From assembly GCA_963674825.1 (NCBI GenBank), contig OY771587.1, positions 2,080,001-2,144,000 on the forward strand: a stretch of DNA of 64,000 bases, written 5' to 3'. How positions within the stretch are numbered: position 1 is the stretch's first letter; the number at the start of each line of letters is the position of its first letter. The translations under genes and the position numbers were made by a program. Positions 30,190 through 40,700 of the stretch are shown piece after piece. A model generated the notes under the pieces. It had not been told where the DNA came from. It was given only the letters and a program-made list of their open reading frames with translations, and did no database searches. This stretch comes from Candidatus Cloacimonadales bacterium. Its GTDB lineage: Bacteria > Cloacimonadota > Cloacimonadia > Cloacimonadales > JAIOQZ01.

Positions 30190-31240
30190 AGAAGTGGTCT
30201 CGGAAATTCGGACTTGCGTCTAAGTGGAAATCTTGCTCCGATGGACCATAGAGAAGAGAAAGTATTTAAGGAGTAAGAGCATGAGAAGACCACGACGTAA
30301 TCACTCGGCGACATTCAAGGCAAAGGTGGCGCTGGCCGCGCTCAAAGGTGACCCGACGCTTGCCGAACTTGCAGAATAATTCGACGTTCATCCCAACCAG
30401 ATATCGGACTGGAAACAGCAGATGCTGGACAACGCTTCTCAGGTGTTCGGCGGTCCGCGTAAGGACAAAGACAACGAACCCGACGTGAAGGCGATGCAGG
30501 CCAAGATCGGCGAGCTGACCCTCGAGAATGATTTTTTAGAAAAGGCGCTCATCAAAGCGGGAAAACTGAGCGCAAAGCGATGATCGACCGCGATCACAAG
30601 CTGCTGGTAAGCCAGCAGTGCCGTGTGCTGAAGCTGTTTCGATCCAGCGTTTATTACCAGCCGCGACCGCTCTCAGAGCACATCCTGAGACTCATGCGAC
30701 GCATCGACGAGCTGCATTTGGAATACCCCTTCGCAGGCTCTAGGATGCTTTCTGAGATGTTGTTTAGGGACGGGTGGGAAATCGGGCGCCGCCGCGTCGG
30801 CACGCTGAAGAAGAAAATGGGCATCTCCGCGCTGTTTCGCAAGCCCAGCACCAGCAAATCGCATCCTGGCCACACGATTTGCCCCTATCTGCTGCGCGAT
30901 TTGGAGATCACCCGACCGAATCAGGTCTGGGCTGCCGATATCACGTATATCCCGATGAAGAAAGGATTTGTCTACCTGTTCGCTGTGATGGACTGGTACT
31001 CGCGCCGCGTACTCGCCTGGTAGCTTTCCAACACCCTGAGCGCCGATTTCTGTGTCGAGACGGTTGAGGAAGCGATGCAAATACATGGTTGTCCCGAGGT
31101 GTTCAACACGGATCAGGGAAGCCAATTTACGAGCGCTAAATTTACCGGATTGCTCAAGGAAAATCGCGTTTCGATCAGCATGGACGGCAAGGTTCCACTT
31201 ATACATGACGGATTTAGTCCAAATTTCCGGCGCCACTTCT
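30190..31240 (+). mobile_element. Degenerate IS3-family insertion sequence
   Basis: IRL AGAAGTGGTCTCGGAAATTCGGAC vs IRR (31217-31240), 20/24 match; orfA from 30281 (MRRPRRNHSATFKAKVAL, internal TAA at 30377); orfB from 30580 (NQVWAADITY, FNTDQGSQFTS) with internal TAG at 31021 and a 3' deletion. Confidence 0.9.
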
Positions 31241-31311
31241 CTCTTCTGTATGGCAGATAGTTGGTACATTGGATAAAAAATATCGGGAAGTGCAATCTCC
31301 AAATATGATTT

Positions 31312-31341
31312 GAGGTTCAAATCCTCTCACCCCGACCATTT
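31312..31341 (+). repeat. Distal att site: duplicated 3' end of tRNA-Pro
   Basis: Identical to 15324-15353. Confidence 0.9.
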
Positions 31342-31411
31342 TTTCACTGGCAATATTGAAATTGTATAACTTGACAGGATTTCGCCGTTGGTAATTCTGT
31401 CTCAGCCTTGT

Positions 31412-31487
31412 GGGTGCTTAGCTCAGTTGGGAGAGCACCTGCCTTACAAGCAGGTGGTCGGCGGTTCAAGTCCGTTAGCACCCACCA
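31412..31487 (+). tRNA. tRNA-Val (anticodon TAC)
   Basis: GGGTGCT acceptor stem, CCTGC-CT-TAC-AA-GCAGG anticodon arm, GGTTCAAGTCC, CCA end; TTGACA at 31371. Confidence 0.97.
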
Positions 31488-31865
31488 TTTTTTTGCCCAA
31501 AATCCGACTTCCCACTCTTCCAATCCGATAAAATCCCAACAAAATAGATAGAGCATAATCCATTTATCCAGTAACAAGATACGCATTTCATGGTGTACGC
31601 ACTCTACGGTTATTATAACATCTCCTGTTATGGATACAATCCATAAGAAAATGAATTGCAGCCGCTCCAACGATGCAACAAGAAGATTCTTCAGGATTGT
31701 TGTGAGTGACAAGCCGTAACCTTCTGATAAACATTCAGAAACACAACGCTTCAAGAAAGATCATTGCATGGCGTTCAGATATGATGTCTGCACGCTATAT
31801 TTTAATGCTTGACATAACTCCTTCTAAACATTTATGAAAGGATCACGATACCACTGGAGTTCTGA

Positions 31866-34229
31866 ATGACATTGTTTGAAACTGCAAGAAATGAAGTTGC
31901 TTCGCTGACAGGTCGCAAGCGCATGGTCAGTTTGTATTTACAAATCAATAAACAGCTGGAAGAACATGAAGAAGAGATGTTGAGGCTTGCCGAAACATTT
32001 CGGGATCAGCCTGTCGATGATCTTCAGGAGCAAGCGGACCGGTTATTCCTGCTTACGCTGGTCAGCTTCTACGACGAGGATGAACGCAAGGTTATAGAGT
32101 ATTTCACGCAGGCGAAAGAAATTCTCTTTCGGATGGGTGAGAACGACCAAGCGCACATGATGAATGACATCATGGTGGGAATCCATACAGATGCCCAAGA
32201 GTTTAAGGACTCGATCCCGTACGCTCTTGAAAGTATGCGGAACTACGAAAAGCTCAACGACGAATACCATCTTGCGCACATTTTAAACAACCTCGGGGTT
32301 GCCTATTCGTGTTTGCATCGATTTTCGGAAGCCTTGCCGATTCTGAATCGTGGGCTTGCCCTGAATCTGAAAAACAACGAGCCGGATATCGTCAACTCAT
32401 ACAACAATATTGCGAGTCTCTATCTTCGCATGAGGCTTTATAACAAGGCCCTCGCTACCTACAAGCTTGCCTTGGAAGCCTGCGATACATTTGGGCTTGA
32501 TGGCATGCAGCACATGATATTGAACAACATTGCCAATATCAACACCGACCTGCAAAACTACCCGGAAGCGCTGGATTATTACCGGCAAGCGCTACAGAAT
32601 TGTACCGACAACAGGAATAAGGCGATCACAATCAACAACATCGGGATGGTTTACTATTTCCAGGAGAAATACAGCGAAGCGATCGAGAACTTCGAGAAAT
32701 CGCTCACGGTATGCCTGGACAACCGATTCTCCTATACCGAGGCGAAGAATCTCTATAACCTTGGTCACACGTACACAATGATTAACAGCTTTGATAAGGC
32801 TCAGGCACTATTGCAGGAGGCCCGTCCGAAGATTGAGAAAACGGGCGATCTGCGGCTGCTTACAAATCTCGATGTCAGCCTGGCGGAGCTTTATATTGCA
32901 CTCAAGCGCTATAAAGATGCGCTCGAGCTTCTGGAAGATATCTATCAACGTCCCCATGACGAGTACAAGGACATGGGGAATATCGAAAAAGCCTTTATCA
33001 TGCTTTTTCGCGAGACTGGTGATAGGGAGAAACTGGTTTATCATCAGAGCAAGTTGATCGAAAAGTATGAGCTCAAGCACGAGGTTGAGTTTGTTCAAAT
33101 GGTTGCGGAGATGCAAGTCGCGCTGGATTTGGAGCTGAAGGAGAAAGAAGCTGAGATGCAGCGCCAGAAGGCGTTGGAGCTTCAGCAGAAAAACGAGGAA
33201 ATTCTTGCGCAGAAACAGCAGATCGAGAAGACACTCGAAGAGTTGCGGAAGTCCGAGATCAGCTACGAATTCCTGCAGAAGGAATACCGCGAACAGCTCG
33301 GTTCCATGATCATCGGTGCAAGCGAACCGATGCAAAGGCTACTGTCACTCATCAGCATGGTGGCTGCCGCCAGCGATACTTCGGTTCTCATTACCGGTGA
33401 GACCGGTACGGGCAAGGAACTGGTGGCACGGGCGATTCACGAATTGAGTAACCGTAGCCATCGAACATTTTGTGCAGTCAATGCTTCGAGCATTCCTGAA
33501 ACCCTTTTCGAAAGCGAATTCTTCGGTTACCGAAAGAACGCCTTCACGGGTGCTGATCGGGATAAGGCCGGCTGGTTTGAAATCGCTAACGAAGGAACAC
33601 TGTTCCTGGATGAGGTGGGAACCTGGCGCTACGACATCCAATCCAAGTTTTTACGTGTACTGGAGAGCCGTAAGGTTATCCCCGTAGGTGGCGACCGGGA
33701 AATCCCCGTCGATTTTCGGCTAATCAGCGCAACAAATGATGATCTACAAAGCATGATCAAAGACAATAGCTTCCGGCCCGATCTCTACTACCGGCTGTCG
33801 TCTTTCATCATCCATATCCCACCGCTCCGTGAGCGCATCGAAGACATCCCACCGCTGCTCGAGTATTTTGTGAACTATTTCAACCAGCGTATGAACAAGA
33901 AGATTACTCGAATCGAGAAACAGATCGAAACAGCCCTTTGCCAGTACTCGTTTCCCGGCAATGTTCGCGAGCTGAAGAACATGGTTGAGCACGCAATGAT
34001 TATCTCCAATACCTCGACGCTACGGCTGTCGTCATTCTCAATTCCTCAGCAACAGGTTTTTGACGATATCGTCATTCCTTTGGATGAACACGAAAAGGCG
34101 ATGATTCTGAAGGCTCTGAAGCACACAGGATACCATCAGAGCAATGCCGCGGCGCTTTTGGGCCTGACACCGAAATCGATGGAGCGTCGCATGAAGAAGT
34201 ACAATATCGTCAATCCCAAAAAGCAATAA
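31866..34229 (+). CDS. TPR-repeat sigma54-dependent transcriptional activator (TPR array, coiled coil, AAA+, Fis-type HTH)
   Basis: Repeated 'NNLG/NNIA/NNIG' TPR units; GETGTGKE, ESEFFG..KNAFTGA, GTLFLDEV, FRPDLYYRL, FPGNVREL; HTH 'QSNAAALLGL'. Confidence 0.92.
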   Translation: MTLFETARNEVASLTGRKRMVSLYLQINKQLEEHEEEMLRLAETFRDQPVDDLQEQADRLFLLTLVSFYDEDERKVIEYFTQAKEILFRMGENDQAHMMNDIMVGIHTDAQEFKDSIPYALESMRNYEKLNDEYHLAHILNNLGVAYSCLHRFSEALPILNRGLALNLKNNEPDIVNSYNNIASLYLRMRLYNKALATYKLALEACDTFGLDGMQHMILNNIANINTDLQNYPEALDYYRQALQNCTDNRNKAITINNIGMVYYFQEKYSEAIENFEKSLTVCLDNRFSYTEAKNLYNLGHTYTMINSFDKAQALLQEARPKIEKTGDLRLLTNLDVSLAELYIALKRYKDALELLEDIYQRPHDEYKDMGNIEKAFIMLFRETGDREKLVYHQSKLIEKYELKHEVEFVQMVAEMQVALDLELKEKEAEMQRQKALELQQKNEEILAQKQQIEKTLEELRKSEISYEFLQKEYREQLGSMIIGASEPMQRLLSLISMVAAASDTSVLITGETGTGKELVARAIHELSNRSHRTFCAVNASSIPETLFESEFFGYRKNAFTGADRDKAGWFEIANEGTLFLDEVGTWRYDIQSKFLRVLESRKVIPVGGDREIPVDFRLISATNDDLQSMIKDNSFRPDLYYRLSSFIIHIPPLRERIEDIPPLLEYFVNYFNQRMNKKITRIEKQIETALCQYSFPGNVRELKNMVEHAMIISNTSTLRLSSFSIPQQQVFDDIVIPLDEHEKAMILKALKHTGYHQSNAAALLGLTPKSMERRMKKYNIVNPKKQ

Positions 34230-34231
34230 TT

Positions 34232-34243
34232 GACGAAATCGTC
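34232..34243. promoter_or_regulatory. Putative enhancer (UAS) palindrome GACGAAATCGTC
   Basis: Within TTGACGAAATCGTCAA just after the activator stop; same 12-mer occurs in the mirror module (44655-44666); GACGATATCGTC also at 34062-34073. Confidence 0.6.
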
Positions 34244-34328
34244 AAAAATCGAACGTTTTACCGGCTCTGCTATCTGAAATTTTCTATATACAATCCGTAA
34301 TATGCTGCTATATCATATGATACAATAG

Positions 34329-34344
34329 TGGCATCGAACATGCA
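34329..34344 (+). promoter_or_regulatory. sigma54 (-24/-12) promoter
   Basis: TGGCAT-CGAAC-ATGCA with exact GG-N10-GC spacing, 25 nt upstream of the ATG at 34370. Confidence 0.75.
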
Positions 34345-34369
34345 TATTCCTTCAATAAAGGAGTACTGC

Positions 34370-34708
34370 ATGCAAATATTACTGTTCAACTGCTTAGAAC
34401 GAATCAAGAGAGATCTGACTCGGCTTCTGCAATCACCGGAAGTGAGTGTTTATCTCTCCGTTTCAAAAAGCGATATCATCAGGATATTAAATTCGACGCA
34501 CATCGACATCGCCATGCTGTCCATACCGGATATCGATACAAACTTGCTCAACGTATTGCACGCATATAAGAACACCAAATTCTACTTCTTTGGTACTCCT
34601 TCATCCATGCTGACGCGCTACGATAACCTTCACGCCGTCGGTATGGATTACTCGGAGTCCGTTTTTCAACCTACCGTTATGCCTGAATGCGATAACTTGC
34701 TGCCATGA
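34370..34708 (+). CDS. Small degenerate receiver-like (CheY-fold) protein
   Basis: RBS AAGGAG; 'MQILLFN...IIRILNSTHIDIAMLS' fits REC beta1/alpha2/beta3, but the acidic pocket and phospho-Asp are absent. Confidence 0.55.
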   Translation: MQILLFNCLERIKRDLTRLLQSPEVSVYLSVSKSDIIRILNSTHIDIAMLSIPDIDTNLLNVLHAYKNTKFYFFGTPSSMLTRYDNLHAVGMDYSESVFQPTVMPECDNLLP

Positions 34709-34748
34709 AGATAAATAACACATTAATACCTATACTCGGGAGGAGTAA

Positions 34749-37700
34749 ATGAGATTTCACACAATGATTCTTGTATTGATCATGGTTTCCGTCGCTCAGC
34801 TTTCTGCCTTTGCAGGAGGTGATGGTTCATCCGAATCTCCTTATCAGGTCAGCAACATTGCTGAGCTTCAGGATGTGGAAAACAATCTGGACGCTCACTT
34901 TATTCAGACTGGAAATATTGATGCCAGCGCGACGACTACCTGGAATAACAACCATGGGTTCAATCCCATCGGCAGTAGCACGACACCATTCACCGGTAGC
35001 TACGATGGCCAGGGATACAGTATCAACGAATTGTATATCTATTCCACTGACGGAGATATCGGCCTGTTCGGCTCGTCAAACAGCGCAACGCTGTCGAACA
35101 TCGTTCTCACCGATTGCAGCGTTCGCGGTAACGACGGCACGGGCGGTTTGGTGGGCGACTCCCATAACGACACCATTACCAATTGCTGCGTGTCCGGATC
35201 TGTTGACGGAGATTATGCTAACGGTGGCCTGATTGGAAGGCTAACGGGTGGAGCCATCAGCAGTTGCTATAGTATTGCCAATGTGACCTGCATCAGTACC
35301 GGCGATCGAACAGGTGGCCTGGTGGGCAATGTCACTAGTGGCGCAAGCATCGATAACTGCTACGCTCATGGTACGGTTAGCGGAGATAATAAGGTTGGTG
35401 GCCTGGTGGGGCAAATCGATGCTTCCACAGTTACGAATTGCTACAGCACAGCCGTTGTGACGTGCGTGAACGAATTTGTCGGCGGCCTGATCAGTATATC
35501 CGAAAACGATGCCACAATCACGAATTCATACTGGAATACCGAGACCTCTGGGCAATCGACCAGCGCGGGTGGTGCAGGGAAGACCACTGACGAGATGAAA
35601 AACCTATACATGTACCACGGAGACGGATGGGATTTTGAATCGGAAACCCAGAACGGAACATCCAACACATGGGACATGGACATCAGCGGTTCGTCCAACG
35701 ACGGCTACCCCTGTCTGGCATGGGAAAACGACCAGATTTTCCTTCCGACTGCCTCGGGTACCGGTACCTCAACCGATCCTTATCAGATCGGCACCCTATA
35801 CGAACTTTTCTGGGTATCGGCGAATCAAGGTATCTGGTCCAGTGATTTCATGCAAACTGACGATATCGACGCGAACGACACCCGAAACTGGAATAACGGA
35901 ATGGGTTACAGGCCAATCGGCAAAAACAGTCCCAATCTTAACGGCGATTACGATGGGCAGGGTTTTACGATCGATGGTCTCTATATTAATCGTCCCTCTA
36001 TGGATTATGTAGGACTCTTTGGGAAATCAAGCGCAAATATCTGGATCAAGAATGTTCATATGACCAATATTGATATCACTGGGAACAATTATGTGGGGGG
36101 GATTACAGGCGAGTGCCATAATAACGCACATATCTACGATTGTTCTGTCCAGGGAGTTGTTAATGGCAATCGATATGTTGCTTGTATTGCTGGAAGGATG
36201 GAAGGCAGCAATATTACTCGATGCCGTTGTGAGGGAACCGTGAATGCATCAACCGTGAACAGTGGTGGAATCACAGGTTTCTTCTCAAGTAGTGCATCCG
36301 TTAATTATTGCGTTAGTTCAGCGACTATAAATGGAAGCGAAAATACCGGTGGTCTGGCTGGATTGGCTGCTACTGGCTCACATATCAATTATTCATATTG
36401 TACAGGACAAGTGACTGGCGGCAGTCAAGTCGGTGGATTGGTGGGCTATGCTTTCTCTACGACAATCCAATATTGTTATAGTTGTGGCCCCCTTTCGGGC
36501 GGCAGTCATGTCGGTGGATTGATTGGCGTTACTAGTGGCTCAAGTGTAAGCCATTCATTTTGGGATATGGAAGCATCAGGCAAAGCTACCAGTCCAGCAG
36601 GAACGGGACTCACAACCGCTGAGATGACATCGCTGCAGACTTTTCTCGATGATGGCTGGGATTTTGTTTCCGAAACCGCTAACGGTACGGCTGATCGCTG
36701 GGATATCGACTTGAAGGGAGATGTCAATAATGGATATCCCGTCCTTGCCTGGGAAGATGGGGACGTGTGCCTACTCGAAATCCCCTCTGGAAGCGGAACC
36801 GAAGCAGATCCCTATCAGATCGAAACCCTGATCCAGCTATGCTGGGTTTCATGTACACCTTCGACGTGGAGCAGCCATTTTGTGCAGATTGCCGATATCG
36901 ATGCCGCCGACACCGAAACATGGTTCGGGGGCCTTGGTTTCAAGCCCATCGGTAACGACGATACAGTATTCTCTGGATCATATGATGGACAATTTTATAC
37001 CATCGATGGGCTCTTCATCAATAGACCAGCCAGCGACGAGAATGGCCTGTTTGGCCAGGTCACCGGTGGGCAGATTTCCAATCTTCATGTGCTGAACTGC
37101 GACATCACAGGCAGGTATCGCACAGCCCCGATCGCCGCATCCTGCAACAATGTTACGATAACGAACTGCCATACATCCGGTACGATCAGCTCCTCAAATG
37201 GTGGTGGCGGTATCGCAGGACGAGTTTATACAACCGAAATAACAGGATGTTATTCCTCGGTCGGTGTATCCTCATATAATGAAGGTAGTTACTATGGAGG
37301 CATTACCGGAGGAGCTACGATCAACTCGACAATCGCAAATTGTTATGCAGTAGGCAACATCAGTTCAGGTAGCACGTGTGGCGGCCTGGTTGGATTGTTG
37401 GATAGTTCGACGGTTGAACACTGCTACAGTATCGGCTCCGTAACGGCTGACTCGGATGTCGGTGGACTTATCGGTGTTGCTTCTGGAACCTACTCAGTCG
37501 TTGGAGGTTTCTGGGATGTTACGACCTCAGGCCAGTCTTCCAGCGCAGGTGGTGAAGGTAAGACGACCTCATATATGAGATGCTCTATGACATACATCGA
37601 TGCCGGCTGGGACTTTGTGTCCGAGACAGCAAACGGTACGGACGACGTATGGGACATGGACCTCTTTAACAATTACAACGCTTCTTATCCGTTTCTTTCC

Positions 37701-40700
37701 TGGCAGAATGGCGACACTGAATTGTTATCTTTACCGTTGGGAAGTGGTACTGAAACGGATCCGTACCAGATCATGAACCTGATGCATCTTGTCTGGCTTT
37801 CTGCATCACCATCGGTTTGGGGCCAATACTTTCTGCAAACTGCCGATATCGACGCCAATGATACCCAGAACTGGAACAATGGAGCCGGTTTCTGGCCCAT
37901 CGGAAATAGCACGACGAATTTCACCGGTTACTACGATGGTGGCGAACACGTGATTGATGGACTTTACATTCATCCAGGAATAATGGATGTCGGTTTTTTC
38001 GGTGCAACGAATAACGCCACAATCGAGAACCTGAGCTTGACCAATGCCGATATTGATGCAAACGACGATGGAGGCGTACTTGCCGGTGAACTCAGATACT
38101 CGACCGCTACAAACTGTCACAGCAGCGGAACGGTAAGTGCCAATTACGCTGGGGGATTGATTGGATACCCTTATGACTCAATGATCACGCTCTGCTCCAG
38201 CTCGGCAAGTGCATTCGGTGATAGTGATGCCGGTGGATTGATTGGTTATTGTAGCTCTTCAGCGATCATCCAATCATTCGCAACGGGCAGTGTGGAAAGT
38301 GACGATGAAACTGGAGGCCTGGTTGGTGACTTGCTAACATCATCCATCAGCTTGTCTTTCGCAACGGGCCATGTGGAGGGAGATGACAACGTCGGTGGTC
38401 TGGCTGGTCATGTAGAGAACTCGACAATCAACCAGTCATACGCCACCGGTAACGTTACCGGTGGCCAGGATGCCGGAGGACTGGTTGGTTATCTGGAATC
38501 GGGCAATGCGTACGATTGTTTTAGCACAGGCGATACGGAAGGAGATTGGGCAGGTGGTCTGGTAAGTGATCTTGAAGGTACTGTCAATCGCTGCTATAGC
38601 ACGGGATATGTGTCCGGTAGTAATGATGAAGGAGGCCTGGTCGGGTATTTTCGAATTAGCGGCAACACGATCGCATCGTTTTGGGATGTAGAGACTTCCG
38701 GCCAGAGCACTAGTTACGGAGGTAAAGGGCTGACGTCTACAGAGATGAGGACTTCATTGGTATATATCTTGAGTGGCTGGGATTTTCCGGGTGAAACCGT
38801 AAATGGTTTTGATGATATCTGGGTGCTGGACAGCTCCATGAATGACGGTTACCCGACCTTTGCCTGGCAGGGCGGTACATCGGAATCGTTCGCTGCACCC
38901 GAAGGTGAGGGAACAACGGGTAATCCTTACTTGATCGACAGCTTGGACGATCTCATCTGGTTATCGGTAAACACGAATGCCTGGAACGGAAATATCCTGC
39001 AAATAGCCGACATCGACGCAAGTGAAACTCAGAGCTGGGTTGGAGGCAATGGCTTCATCCCGATCGGAAAAGAGGGGGACGCATTCCTCGGTAGCTATAA
39101 CGGTCAGGGATTTACGATCAGTGGACTCTACATCAATCGGAGCGATACGGAAAACGTAGGGCTTTGGGGCTATACCGACGGTGCCGAAATCACAGATGTC
39201 AACCTGACCAATGTAGTGATACGCGGCTCGGTGCAAGTCGGAGCGCTTGTTGGCACCACGACATATTCCACGGTTGTTTCCGGTTGTTCGAGCAGCGGAA
39301 GTGTGGAAGGCGCTAGTATCATCGGTGGACTCATTGGATCCTCTTACACCACTTCTATCATAGATTGCCATACTGACGGCAGTGTCGAGAGTCGTACAAC
39401 AAATGGCTGGACGGTAGGCGGCTTGGTCGGAGCGCATCGGCTTAATGGTACCATGGTTGGGTGTTATAGCGAGGCGACCGTTTCGGGAGGCTCTCAAGTT
39501 GGAGGATTAATCGGGAAGACCAACAACTCCAGCCTGTCAACGGTCGCGAAGTGCCATTGCACAGGCGACGTTACCGGAACGGGCGAATTTGCTGGTGGTC
39601 TGATCGGATATAGCGAGGACTATACATATCTTACGGATTCGTATTGCACCGGGAGTGTGACAGGCGTGAGCAACGTAGGTGGTTTGGCGGGTTCTGCTGC
39701 TTCCAGCGATACGATTACAAATTGCTACAGCAATGGTTATGTTACCGGTACTTCTTCTGTCGGTGGATTCCTGAGCGTTAACCATGGGGCGAGTATCAAT
39801 GCGTCATTCTGGGACACCGAGACTTCCGGTCAAAGCATCAGCGCTGGCGGAACTGGCAAGACAACTGCCGAAATGAAGACAATATATCCTTACATGAATG
39901 CTGGCTGGGATTTTGTTGGTGAGGTGCAAAACGGAACAGAAGATATCTGGGTCATCTTTGCTAACGAGTATCCGAGCTTCGCGATTGAATCCTCATCACC
40001 TGTCATCACGGGTGTAAACGACGTCCCGGGTGACCAGGGGCATCAGGTCGATATCGTATGGAACAAGGCATCTCATGATTGGATCTATAGCCCGAACAAC
40101 TTCTACACCGTGTGGCGTCTGGTGGTAAATACACGCTCCATTGGTTCGGAGGCAGTTATTATCGAAAATCCCGAGCAATTCGTTGAACCGAATCATGACC
40201 AAACACTGATTCTGCATCAACGGGATAACTACTGGACATGGCTGGCAACAATCCCGGCCATGATGCACAATCAATACTCCTTCATCTCGCCGACTCTGAT
40301 CGATTCCTGCGCTTCGCTTTCACCGGAGGAGTACCTGTCTACTTACATGGTTAACTACCATTTCGTAAGTGGTTACTTTGCCTCAACCGAAGCCTCTGGC
40401 TACTCGGTAGACAACATTGCGCCGTACGCTACGTCCGGAGTAACGCTTTCTTTCAATAACACGCGCACAGGGTCTGCAACGAGGTTGCCCAGTAGCACCC
40501 GAACAAATACAGCGACTCTCAGCTGGAACGAAGTCACCGAAGGCGGCCTCAACGGCAATAGCTACCCTGAAGAAAATGGTGTCTGGTACCGTGTCTATGC
40601 AGGTGAATCTCCTGATTTCTATTGTGATGACACATCTCTGCTCCAGACGACGCAGGCTACCAGTATCAATCTCAATCCCGCAGACGCGGAGAGAAGATTC

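Larger units (their letters stand above)
15324..31341. mobile_element. Genomic island integrated at the tRNA-Pro 3' end (no integrase retained)
   Basis: 30-bp direct repeat GAGGTTCAAATCCTCTCACCCCGACCATTT at 15324-15353 and 31312-31341; IS remnants and AT-rich cargo inside. Confidence 0.85.

Noticed and set aside
31312..31341. Second tRNA-Pro gene
   Set aside because: Only the T-arm and 3' acceptor strand are present; it is an att-type duplication.
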